Assembly: GCA_949292335.1 (NCBI GenBank)
Contig: CASEYY010000041.1
Span: 29,963-93,962, forward strand
Reading direction: 5' to 3'
From: an uncultured Pseudomonadota bacterium
GTDB lineage: Bacteria; Pseudomonadota; Alphaproteobacteria; RF32; CAG-239
DNA length: 64,000 bases
The position numbers and the translations under genes were made by a program. The notes beneath the pieces are model-generated. The model was not told the origin of the DNA. It ran no database searches and was given only the letters and a program-made list of their open reading frames with translations. Shown piece after piece: positions 39,593-48,526 of this stretch (its first letter is position 1; the number at the start of each line of letters is the position of its first letter).

Positions 39593-39964
39593 ATGAAAAA
39601 AATCATAATTGCTCTTTTTTGCGTTATAATTGCCGCTACTGCCGCACAGGCAAAAAATAAACATAAAAATCAAGGTTTTGTCTTTGTTCCCAAAAATGTG
39701 GTTATTGAAACCGTGGCCGATGCAAAAGATAAAGATGACAATACTTTGGTCGTCGTACAGGGACAAATCGTAAAGGCTTTGGGTGATGACAAATATATGT
39801 TTACCGATGAAACCGGTGAAATTATTCTTGATATAGATCAAGATGACTTTAACAATGTCACCGTTACCGAAGGTGAAATAATTCAGGTTACCGGTGATGT
39901 GGATAAAGAATTGATGAAACCTACCGAAATTAATGTAAAGCAAATCAAGAAGCTAAAAAAATAG
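39593..39964 (+). CDS. Periplasmic OB-fold (BOF; YgiW/YdeI-like) protein
   Basis: Signal peptide; TVADAK, DDKYMFTDETGEI, GDVDK. Confidence 0.85.
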   Translation: MKKIIIALFCVIIAATAAQAKNKHKNQGFVFVPKNVVIETVADAKDKDDNTLVVVQGQIVKALGDDKYMFTDETGEIILDIDQDDFNNVTVTEGEIIQVTGDVDKELMKPTEINVKQIKKLKK

Positions 39965-39977
39965 TCTTCTTAGTTCG

Positions 39978-40006
39978 AAGCCCGCTATTACGGCGGGCTT
40001 GTTTTT
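39978..40006. terminator. Terminator between the BOF gene and cca
   Basis: AAGCCCGC-loop-GCGGGCTT plus T run. Confidence 0.75.
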
Positions 40007-41241
40007 TAAATAACTTCTTTCAAATTATCGACTTGAACCAAAAGTTGCTCTTTGGTCAAATCAAAATCGGAGTCAACCCAGATTTGCTCAAGTTCTTTTA
40101 GTATTTTTCCGACTTTGGCCGGGTCGGTAAGACCATTATCAATTATATCTTTACCCTTGAGCGGAAAAACAAGCTCAGGCAAATCATTGATAAAATCGTA
40201 CACTTCTTTGATGTTGGCGGTTATTTCTTCTTCCTGTGCCGCCATGGTCAAAAATTTGGCCTGACAAAAATCATTGGTATATTCATAACAAAGTTTCAAA
40301 ACCTTTTTATGATCAAGAAAATCATTGAAACGGATACTAGAATCGGCCAAAAACGTGAACAGATGTTTTTCTTGGCGACTCAATTTCAAACGAACCGCTA
40401 AATTTTCGGCCAAAGCAGAATCAGGACGGTATAATATAAAAAGTTTTACCAGTGCCTCGTATTCCAAAGACATTCCTTTAGATATTTCATTTAAGTGAGC
40501 CAAATCATCTATATGCTCGGCATCGGGCATTACATAGCTAAGTATGCCGTGGTCTTGCATTAATTTATAAACTTCGGGAGCTTTGGGTGTGTTGACAATC
40601 TTAAACAATTCGTCGCGTATTTTTTCAAGCGGTAATTTTTTCAAAAGCTGGCTATTTTCTTGACAAGCCTCTAGAGCCTTAACATTGGGTTCTCCTTTAC
40701 CGAAAAGTGAATAAAAACGGAAAAAACGCAAAATTCTGACCGGATCTTCTTCAATGCGTTGTGTCGCCGAGCCGATAAAACGCACATTGCCTTTTTCCAA
40801 ATCTTCAATACCGTTGTAATAATCAAAAACATTGCCGTTTTCGTCGGCATAAACAGCATTAATGGTTAAATCACGACGAGCGGCGTCTTCTTCCCAATTA
40901 TCCGTGAACTCTATATCCCTGCTGCCATCATTTTTTATGACATATTTGTAGAGCGAACCGACTTTAAATTCCGTGCCGTCTATTATTACACCCATATTAC
41001 TTTGTTTTATGCCCAAGGGGATGGTTTCTATATTTTCATCGGCACAGGCTTCGGCTAGTTCTTCGGGACTTAAATCAGTAGCCAAGTCTAAATCAGCTCC
41101 TTTAATACCCATGAGGGCGTCTCTTACCGCACCGCCGACAAACCTTAAAACGCCTCCGTGCCTCGAAACCAACGCAAACAAATCTTTTACTTTGTCGTTT
41201 CTGATTAAATTGGATGTATCTATGTAATTATCTCTTATCAT
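40006..41241 (-). CDS. cca: CCA tRNA nucleotidyltransferase
   Basis: VGGAVRD, DLDLAT, RRDLTINA, EDPVRILRFFRF. Confidence 0.88.
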   Translation of the reverse strand: MIRDNYIDTSNLIRNDKVKDLFALVSRHGGVLRFVGGAVRDALMGIKGADLDLATDLSPEELAEACADENIETIPLGIKQSNMGVIIDGTEFKVGSLYKYVIKNDGSRDIEFTDNWEEDAARRDLTINAVYADENGNVFDYYNGIEDLEKGNVRFIGSATQRIEEDPVRILRFFRFYSLFGKGEPNVKALEACQENSQLLKKLPLEKIRDELFKIVNTPKAPEVYKLMQDHGILSYVMPDAEHIDDLAHLNEISKGMSLEYEALVKLFILYRPDSALAENLAVRLKLSRQEKHLFTFLADSSIRFNDFLDHKKVLKLCYEYTNDFCQAKFLTMAAQEEEITANIKEVYDFINDLPELVFPLKGKDIIDNGLTDPAKVGKILKELEQIWVDSDFDLTKEQLLVQVDNLKEVI

Positions 41242-41340
41242 ACAGGAACCTTTGATAAAAATTTTCTTGAAGTTAACATTTTTTATATATTTTGCAATTA
41301 TTATTATCATGTCTGTAACTTTAAATGTGGGTATTTGAGG

Positions 41341-41850
41341 ATGAAAAAATCTTTATTTATTGCTTTGGCAAGCTTGTTGTTTACATCTCAAACTTCTATG
41401 GCTGCGGCACCGCAGCTCATCGGTGAATATGGCGATTGGGCGGCTTATTACTATCGAGACAAAGCCGGTCCGGTATGCTATATGGCTTCGACTCCTAAAA
41501 AAGATGAGGGAAAATATTCTAAACGCGGTGACATCTATTTTGTGGTTACCCACCGCCCAAATGAAAAAAGTTTTGATGTGGTGAACATAAATGCCGGATA
41601 CACATATAAATCAGGTGCTCCGGTTGAGATAAAAATCGGTGCCAAGACTTTTACCGATACTTTCACTAGCGGCGACAAGGCTTGGGCTATTAATGAGAAA
41701 ACCGACAAAGAAATTGTGGAAGCAATGAAAAGAGGCTCCAGAATGATTGTCGACGGCGTATCCTCCAGAGGAACCAAAACCAAAGATACTTACTCTCTAA
41801 ACGGCTTTACCGCCGCTTATAAGGCTATTTCAAACAAGTGCAAAAAATGA
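41341..41850 (+). CDS. Invasion-associated locus B (IalB) family protein
   Basis: Signal peptide; YGDW, CYMAS, AMKRG, YSLNGFTAA...C; upstream of rlmN as in alphaproteobacteria. Confidence 0.8.
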   Translation: MKKSLFIALASLLFTSQTSMAAAPQLIGEYGDWAAYYYRDKAGPVCYMASTPKKDEGKYSKRGDIYFVVTHRPNEKSFDVVNINAGYTYKSGAPVEIKIGAKTFTDTFTSGDKAWAINEKTDKEIVEAMKRGSRMIVDGVSSRGTKTKDTYSLNGFTAAYKAISNKCKK

Positions 41851-42914
41851 AAAATCTTATCGGTTTATCTAAAGAAGAATTAGCCAAGGAGCTTGCCGAT
41901 TTGGGCGAAAAGCCTTTTCGGGCCAAACAACTGTGGCAATGGATTTATTTTCGCGGGGAATCCGATTTTGACAATATGAGTAATTTGTCAAAGGATTTAC
42001 GTGCTAAGTTAAAAGAAAATTATACGGTTAAAAGACCTAAAATTGTTGCCGAACAAATTTCTAAAGACAAAACCCACAAATGGCTTTTGGAGTTTGATGA
42101 CGGACAGCGAATCGAGACGGTATATATTCCCGAAGAAGACCGCGGAGCCGTGTGTATTTCAACGCAGGTAGGCTGTGCGGTGGGGTGTAAATTTTGCCAT
42201 ACCGGAAGCCAAAAAATTACCAGAAATCTTACTGCCGGTGAAATTGTGGCTCAGTTTATGGTTGCACGCGATGCCTATGGCGAATGGCCTTCGCCGACCA
42301 ATGAAACCAGATATCTTTCAAATATCGTGGTAATGGGGATGGGAGAGCCGCTACACAATAAGGAAGAAACCTTTAAGGCCTTAAAAATTTTATCCGACGG
42401 TGACGGTATTGCCATCTCCAAACGCCGTATTACCCTTTCAACCTCGGGAATCGCTCCAAATATTGAAGCAGTGGCGGCAGAATTAGGTGTAAAATTGGCT
42501 GTTAGTCTCCATGCTCCGAATAATGAAAAACGTTCGCAAATAATGCCGATTAATAATCGTTACAAAATTGAAGAGGTTTTGGCGGCCTGTCAAAAATATC
42601 AGGCAATCATGGGCATGAGCAGAATGATTACCTTTGAATATCTTATGTTAAAAGATTTTAACGATACTCCGGACGATGCCAGAGAACTGATTGCTTTGAT
42701 GAAAAAGTATAATCTGGGTGCCAAATTCAATCTTATTCCTTTTAATCCTTGGCCGGGATGTGATTTTCAACCAAGCTCCAACAATAAAGTTCATGCTTTT
42801 GCCAGGATATTGGAATCAGCCGGCTATGAAGCCCCTATCAGAGTGGCGAGAGGACAAGATATTTTGGCGGCTTGCGGACAACTTAAATCAAAGAAACAAA
42901 ATATTGAGGCTTAG
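41847..42914 (+). CDS. rlmN: 23S rRNA/tRNA m2A methyltransferase RlmN
   Basis: CISTQVGCAVGCKFC radical SAM motif, MGMGEP, AACGQL. Confidence 0.97.
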   Translation: MKNLIGLSKEELAKELADLGEKPFRAKQLWQWIYFRGESDFDNMSNLSKDLRAKLKENYTVKRPKIVAEQISKDKTHKWLLEFDDGQRIETVYIPEEDRGAVCISTQVGCAVGCKFCHTGSQKITRNLTAGEIVAQFMVARDAYGEWPSPTNETRYLSNIVVMGMGEPLHNKEETFKALKILSDGDGIAISKRRITLSTSGIAPNIEAVAAELGVKLAVSLHAPNNEKRSQIMPINNRYKIEEVLAACQKYQAIMGMSRMITFEYLMLKDFNDTPDDARELIALMKKYNLGAKFNLIPFNPWPGCDFQPSSNNKVHAFARILESAGYEAPIRVARGQDILAACGQLKSKKQNIEA

Positions 42915-43261
42915 AACGCGTCGATTATATGCTGCAGATGAAAAGGCGGTTTTACCAAAACCGCGTCGAATCTGATATCAAAATCGGAAAATTGCGGATG
43001 TTTGGCAACAAAGTTTTCGGCAGCACGGCGAATCCGCTGTTGCTGTTTGGCTTGAATCGCATAGGCCGCTTTTGCCAAATCTCCTCGTTTTTTGACCTCG
43101 ACAAAAACCAATAACTGTCTTTTTTTGACAATGATGTCCACTTCTCCGGCTCCGGTACCGCGGCCGGTTATGTAGTTGTGCTCTACCAGACGGTATCCTT
43201 TGATATACAAATAAAAAATTGCCATGTATTCGGCAAATTTGCCGCTAAAATCACTCAGCAT
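42911..43261 (-). CDS. YraN family protein (UPF0102)
   Basis: GEVDII, FVEVK, RFDAV, HIIDAF. Confidence 0.85.
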   Translation of the reverse strand: MLSDFSGKFAEYMAIFYLYIKGYRLVEHNYITGRGTGAGEVDIIVKKRQLLVFVEVKKRGDLAKAAYAIQAKQQQRIRRAAENFVAKHPQFSDFDIRFDAVLVKPPFHLQHIIDAF

Positions 43262-44087
43262 CTTTCAGCTCCAAAGCCTTTTGATAAACCTCTTTTTTAT
43301 TTAGCCCGTATTTTGAAACAATATGGTCGACAGCCGTACGCAATTTGTTGCCTGCAAGCTCTTTTTTGAGCTCATCAACATAATCTTCAATTATCATATC
43401 TTCCGGCATTGCCGGCGAGATAAGCAAAACTATCTCCCCTTTGGGCTGGTTGTCGTTATAGTATGTTATAAGTTCTGCCGCCGTGCCGCTTTTGCTATCT
43501 TCATAAAGTTTGCTTATTTCTCTGACAACCGCAATTTCGCGGTCGCCAAAAATATCGGAAACTACCGACAAAGTTTTGAGTAAACGATTGGCGGTCTCGT
43601 AAAATATAAGTGTAGCATCCAATTCTTTGTAACGGCTCAAAACTTCTTGGCGGGCTTTTTCTTTGTTGGGAATAAAGCCTACAAACATAAACTTATTGCT
43701 GGGAAGTCCCGACAGTTGCAAACCGCAAATTGCAGCACATGCTCCGGGAATCGTCGTAAAATAAACATTTTGGCGGCGGCAATGTTTTACCAATTTATAT
43801 CCGGGGTCGGAAATCAGCGGAGAGCCGGCATCTGATACATAAGCAACTACTTTGCCGGAAACAGCAAAATCTATCAGTTTTTGAGCTGTTTCTTCTTCGT
43901 TGTGGTCGTGCATTACAAAAAATTCTTTGTCGCTTTTGTTTAGCCCCAACAGTGTAAATAATTTTTTGGTTACTCTGGTATCTTCGCAAGCTATGATATC
44001 CGCCGCTTTCAACACCTCCAAAGCCCTGATGGTAATATCTCCGATATTGCCGATGGGGGTGGCGACCAGATAAATACCGCTTTTCAT
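43251..44087 (-). CDS. rsmI: 16S rRNA C1402 2'-O-methyltransferase
   Basis: YLVATPIGN, ACEDTR, SDAGSPLISDPG, REISKLYE. Confidence 0.95.
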   Translation of the reverse strand: MKSGIYLVATPIGNIGDITIRALEVLKAADIIACEDTRVTKKLFTLLGLNKSDKEFFVMHDHNEEETAQKLIDFAVSGKVVAYVSDAGSPLISDPGYKLVKHCRRQNVYFTTIPGACAAICGLQLSGLPSNKFMFVGFIPNKEKARQEVLSRYKELDATLIFYETANRLLKTLSVVSDIFGDREIAVVREISKLYEDSKSGTAAELITYYNDNQPKGEIVLLISPAMPEDMIIEDYVDELKKELAGNKLRTAVDHIVSKYGLNKKEVYQKALELKDAE

Positions 44088-44161
44088 TAAGACCTCTCTT
44101 TACAACAAAAGTTTTTTAAGCTAAAACTTATCGGTAAGATTGTTTTATATTTTAGGATAAA

Positions 44162-45631
44162 TTGCAAGTGTTTAAAAAATTTTCGCTTATTTGCCTGTGT
44201 CTCTTCATTTCCTCCTGTGCTTCCAACGCCATCAAAGATGAAGGCGGTGCCGAAAGCTACTCTACCGACATTGAAGAAATTGGTATTTCTGATGGAAAAA
44301 GCTTTAGAACCGCCATGCTTTTGCCTTTAACCGGAGCTGACGCAAAGTATGGTCAAGGGTTAAAAAAGGCTTCAATGATTGCTCTTAACCAAATAAATAA
44401 TCCTAATTTAGTTTTGCAGTACTATGATACCCAAAGCACTCCTTCCGGAGCCAGAATTGCCATTGAAAACGCAGCTAACCAAGGTGCCGATCTTATTGTC
44501 GGGCCACTCAAAAGTCAGGAAGTTCAGGCCATTTCAAACGAAACTATCTACCGCGGCATTCCCGTTATTGCTTTTTCTACCGCACAGGAAGTGTTGCAAC
44601 CGACAGTATATTCAATGGGTTTGTTGATTGAAGAGCAAGTTGACCGAATTATCTCTTATGCCGCAAAACAGGGACGCGTAAAATTTGCACTCTTGCTTCC
44701 CGATAACGGAACCGGTGCGGCGGTCGCCAAAGCCGCGGTTAAAGCAGCCCAAAAAAATAATGTCGAAATTACCAAAATAGGCTTTTTCGAACCAGGAACA
44801 TCAGATTTTTCATCCTTGGCAAAGCAAATGTCAAATTACGACAAACGGCATGCAAATGTCGCAAGAATTAAAGCTGCTTTACAGACTCAGGCAAATGCCG
44901 GAGATACAAAAGCGGCCAATGACCTTAAAAAACTGTCGACCCGCGAAGGCCTCGGCGATGTCGGCTTTGATGCCTTACTGATTGCCGAAAACGGAGCCAA
45001 ACTTACGGCCGCAGTGGCTATGTTCTCGTATTATGATGTGGCTTATCCGCAAGTACAGTTTTTGGGTACTTCAATGTGGGAAGGCTCTAAACTCAATAAT
45101 GAAGCTGTCTTTAGCAAAAGTCTGTACCCAACCATTGATAAAAACCCTACTTCCGACTTCGCAACCCAGTACTATATAGTCTTTAACGAAAAGCCAAGTA
45201 GTCTATACACCCTTGCCTATGACGGAGTGTTAATCGCTTCGCAACTGGCCTCATCAACAGCAGAAAATATCAATGATAATATTACCGATACTGCCGGATT
45301 TAGCGGGATTAACGGCAAAATAAGATTCTTTAAAGACGGCTCAAATCAACACTCCCTAAGTGTTGTTGAAGTCAGCCGTTTAGGCAATATGCCGGTTGAC
45401 AACGGAAGTGCTTATTTTGAAACTGTATCACAGCCTTTGCCGGAGTTTGTCTTTGACAGCGATTATAAAGCTCCGCAAATTTTCGGTAAGGATAATGCTT
45501 TGGCTCAGATTATCATATATGGACAAATGTTACCGCAACAACCAATCATGGAAGTTGAAAAATCAGAAAACGATGAAGCTGAAGTAATCAGGCAACAGCT
45601 TAAAAGCATGGGAATTTCAATAAATCAGTGA
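44162..45631 (+). CDS. Penicillin-binding protein activator (LpoA/LppC-like) lipoprotein
   Basis: Lipobox ISSC; LLPLTG, IVGPL, LAYD; divergent from rsmI. Confidence 0.75.
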   Translation: MQVFKKFSLICLCLFISSCASNAIKDEGGAESYSTDIEEIGISDGKSFRTAMLLPLTGADAKYGQGLKKASMIALNQINNPNLVLQYYDTQSTPSGARIAIENAANQGADLIVGPLKSQEVQAISNETIYRGIPVIAFSTAQEVLQPTVYSMGLLIEEQVDRIISYAAKQGRVKFALLLPDNGTGAAVAKAAVKAAQKNNVEITKIGFFEPGTSDFSSLAKQMSNYDKRHANVARIKAALQTQANAGDTKAANDLKKLSTREGLGDVGFDALLIAENGAKLTAAVAMFSYYDVAYPQVQFLGTSMWEGSKLNNEAVFSKSLYPTIDKNPTSDFATQYYIVFNEKPSSLYTLAYDGVLIASQLASSTAENINDNITDTAGFSGINGKIRFFKDGSNQHSLSVVEVSRLGNMPVDNGSAYFETVSQPLPEFVFDSDYKAPQIFGKDNALAQIIIYGQMLPQQPIMEVEKSENDEAEVIRQQLKSMGISINQ

Positions 45632-45682
45632 GTAGGATATAATTTGTCTTGAAATGAATGGCGTTTTTTGCTAATGATGTTA

Positions 45683-45773
45683 GCGGAGGGAAACGGGTTA
45701 GCTGGTCGCCAATCCGGTCAGGTTCGGAAGAAAGCAGCCGTAACGATTTAGCCTAAGGTCGTTTTTCCTCCGC
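45683..45773 (+). ncRNA. ffs: Signal recognition particle RNA (4.5S)
   Basis: TCAGGTTCGGAAGAAAGCAGC domain IV motif; terminal GCGGAGG/CCTCCGC stem; upstream of dnaX. Confidence 0.9.
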
Positions 45774-45793
45774 CATCTTTTATAAGGTTGACT

Positions 45794-47473
45794 ATGGCTG
45801 AAGATAAACAAGAAAATTATGTAGTTTTGGCTCGTAAATATCGCCCGCAGAATTTTAATGAACTGCTGGGGCAGGATGCATTGGTCAAAACCATTACAAA
45901 TGCCATAAAAAACAACCGTCTGCACCATGCCTATATCCTTACCGGAATAAGAGGTGTCGGTAAAACAACTACCGCCAGAATCATCGCCAAAGCTCTTAAC
46001 TGTACCGGAAAAGACGCTTCTGCCGGTGCGACGATTAATCCTTGCGGAATTTGTGAAAACTGCCGTGCCATCGCCGAATCTCGCCATATTGATGTATTGG
46101 AGCTTGATGCGGCCTCCAGAACCGGCGTCGATGATATCAGAGAAATTTTGGACGGGGTGAGATATAAACCCACCAATGCCCGTTATAAAGTATATATCAT
46201 CGACGAAATTCATATGCTGTCAAAACAAGCTTTTAACGCTCTGCTTAAAACTTTGGAAGAACCGCCTTCCCATGTTATCTTTATCTTTGCCACTACCGAA
46301 ATCAGAAAAGTTCCGGTTACAATTCTGTCACGTTGCCAAAGATTTGATTTGCAAAGACTTTCTATCGAGACTCTGGTTGCTCATTTTAAAAATATTATCG
46401 AAAAAGAAAATCTTAAGGCCGAGGATGAGGCTCTGCATTTGATTGCCAAAGCTGCCGATGGTTCGTGCCGCGACGGTCTGTCAATGCTTGATCAGGCTAT
46501 CTCCTTGGGTGCCGGTGAAGTTAAGACCGATATCGTAAAAGACATGATTGGTTTGGCCGACAGAACTTTAACTTTCGAGCTGTTTGAAGCTTTGGTCGGC
46601 GGAAATATCGAAAAGGTTATGGAAAACCTTGCCAATCAACATCAAAACGGTGCTAATCCGCTGACTTTGTTACAGGATTTAATTAACTTGACTCATATGC
46701 TGGCGAAGGTAAAAATCGTTCCCGAAGCACTTAAAAGCTCGGCTCTCTCGGAAAATGAGAAAGATTTTTGCAATCGCTTAGCCCCCAATATTCCTATTGC
46801 CGTTCTTTCTAAAATTTGGCAAATGCTAATCAAAGGTTTGAGCGAAATAAATATTGCTCCGCTGCAGGCCGATGCTCTGGAAATGATTTTAATCAGAATT
46901 GCCTTTTCGGCAAATCTACCTACTCCGGCTGAGATTCTGGACGGCTTAAAAAAAAACTCTGACAGCCTGACCCCTGTCGCTTCGCTAAAAACCGAGGATC
47001 TTTCTTTTGAAACAAAAAATTCCGAGGCTGTTGCAAAGATTGTTTTTTCCTCCCCAGAAGAAATGGTGGATTTTTTAATCGAAAACAAAAAAATCATGAT
47101 GGCTTACTCCATTAAAAATGATTTTTCTTTTAACCAATTTGCTAATGGTGAAATGTCGGTTAATACCAGCGAAAAGATAAATAATGATTTCTTGCTCAAT
47201 CTGCAAAATACCTTGATTGAAGCTACCGGTATTAAGTGGAAAATAAATATTCAAAAAGGCCCCTTGGGTGAAACCATTGCCGATAAAGAGGCGGCCAAAG
47301 ATTTAGAAAAGAAAAAAGATGTTATGGATTTACCTTTGGTTAAGGCTATAATGACCGAATTCAAAGGTGCTAAAATCGACACCATGACCAGAAAAATCAT
47401 CAAACAAGATGATTCTGGTGAAGAACCTGCTTTCTTTGACGAAGAAACCACATATTTTGATGAGGATAGTTAG
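45794..47473 (+). CDS. dnaX: DNA polymerase III subunits tau/gamma
   Basis: LARKYRP, GIRGVGKTT, Cys zinc module, DEIHML, SRCQRF. Confidence 0.97.
   Translation: MAEDKQENYVVLARKYRPQNFNELLGQDALVKTITNAIKNNRLHHAYILTGIRGVGKTTTARIIAKALNCTGKDASAGATINPCGICENCRAIAESRHIDVLELDAASRTGVDDIREILDGVRYKPTNARYKVYIIDEIHMLSKQAFNALLKTLEEPPSHVIFIFATTEIRKVPVTILSRCQRFDLQRLSIETLVAHFKNIIEKENLKAEDEALHLIAKAADGSCRDGLSMLDQAISLGAGEVKTDIVKDMIGLADRTLTFELFEALVGGNIEKVMENLANQHQNGANPLTLLQDLINLTHMLAKVKIVPEALKSSALSENEKDFCNRLAPNIPIAVLSKIWQMLIKGLSEINIAPLQADALEMILIRIAFSANLPTPAEILDGLKKNSDSLTPVASLKTEDLSFETKNSEAVAKIVFSSPEEMVDFLIENKKIMMAYSIKNDFSFNQFANGEMSVNTSEKINNDFLLNLQNTLIEATGIKWKINIQKGPLGETIADKEAAKDLEKKKDVMDLPLVKAIMTEFKGAKIDTMTRKIIKQDDSGEEPAFFDEETTYFDEDS
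46948..46978 (+). promoter_or_regulatory. Putative programmed frameshift/slippage signal in dnaX
   Basis: A9C, TGA in the -1 frame at 46960 and the +1 frame at 46968, GACAG/CTGTC hairpin. Confidence 0.7.
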
Positions 47474-47475
47474 AC

Positions 47476-47796
47476 ATGATGAATATTCAGAACTTGATGA
47501 AACAAGCCCAAATGATGCAGAAAAAAATGCAAGAAGAGCAAGCTAAATTGGCCGAGGAAGAAGTTGAAGGAATTTCCGGCGGCGGTTTGGTTAAAATAAC
47601 TCTTAACGGGAAATTTGATATGACTAAGCTCAATATTGATAAATCTCTGCTAAACCCCGATGAAAATGATATTTTAGAAGATTTGATTTTGGCTGCTTAT
47701 AACGATGCCAAAAATAAAGTTGACGCTAAAATGAGCGAGAGCGTATCTGCTCTGACCGGCGGACTAAACCTCGGTGGTATGAAATTACCCTTCTAA
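47476..47796 (+). CDS. YbaB/EbfC nucleoid-associated protein
   Basis: MKQAQMMQ, SGGGLV, LEDLI; dnaX-ybaB-recR synteny. Confidence 0.92.
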   Translation: MMNIQNLMKQAQMMQKKMQEEQAKLAEEEVEGISGGGLVKITLNGKFDMTKLNIDKSLLNPDENDILEDLILAAYNDAKNKVDAKMSESVSALTGGLNLGGMKLPF

Positions 47797-47805
47797 GAGG
47801 TTGTA

Positions 47806-48399
47806 ATGGCAGGAAAAGATATTGAAGTATTGATAAAACAAATTGCAAAACTACCTTCTCTCGGCTCTCGTTCGGCCAGAAGGATTGTTTTGCACCTCTT
47901 GAATAAACGAGAGACCGCTTTTGAACCTTTGATTGCCGCATTAAACAATGTAGCTCAAAATATTAAAACCTGCGAAATCTGCGGAAATTTTGATACCGTA
48001 AGTCCCTGCCCGATTTGTTCGTCATCCAACCGCGATAATTCGATTATTTGTGTGGTACGTGATGTTGCTGATTTGTGGGCAATGGAAAGGGTTTCCCTTT
48101 TTAAGGGAAAATATCATGTCTTGGGCGGCGTTTTATCGGCCATGGAAGGCATTGTTCCGGAAGACTTGAATATCGATAGCTTGGAAAAAAGAGTAGCCTC
48201 CGGAGAGGTGAAAGAGCTGCTCTTGGCATTACCTGCAACCATCGACGGACAAATTACTTCTCATTATCTGTTCTCTAAATTCAAAACTTATGACCTTAAA
48301 ATCACTACCTTGGCACAAGGTATTCCTATGGGAGCTGAGCTTGACTATATGGATGAGGGAACAATTCAGTTGGCTCTCAATTCCAGAAAAGTCTTATAA
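47806..48399 (+). CDS. recR: Recombination protein RecR
   Basis: LPSLGSRSA, CEIC...CPIC, YHVLGG, G.ELDYMDEGT. Confidence 0.95.
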   Translation: MAGKDIEVLIKQIAKLPSLGSRSARRIVLHLLNKRETAFEPLIAALNNVAQNIKTCEICGNFDTVSPCPICSSSNRDNSIICVVRDVADLWAMERVSLFKGKYHVLGGVLSAMEGIVPEDLNIDSLEKRVASGEVKELLLALPATIDGQITSHYLFSKFKTYDLKITTLAQGIPMGAELDYMDEGTIQLALNSRKVL

Positions 48400-48421
48400 A
48401 ATACCTTTTTCAAACTAAAAG

Positions 48422-48521
48422 GAATCGACTTTTTTGGACTCCGCGAATCATAAAGATGAATCATAAATATTTTGTTAATATTTTTTTCCTAGAATCGACT
48501 CATAAGCGATTCGGAGGATTC
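48422..48521 (+). promoter_or_regulatory. GANTC cluster (8 sites) and CtrA-like promoter upstream of autotransporter 2
   Basis: GANTC at 48422, 48437, 48445, 48458, 48492, 48497, 48508, 48517; TAAA-N7-TTAA (48464-48478)-N11-TAGAAT. Confidence 0.75.
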
Positions 48522-48526
48522 TTGTT

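Noticed and set aside
39898-39906. Perfect DnaA box TGTGGATAA
   Set aside because: Single copy inside coding sequence (DVDK); plausible by chance.
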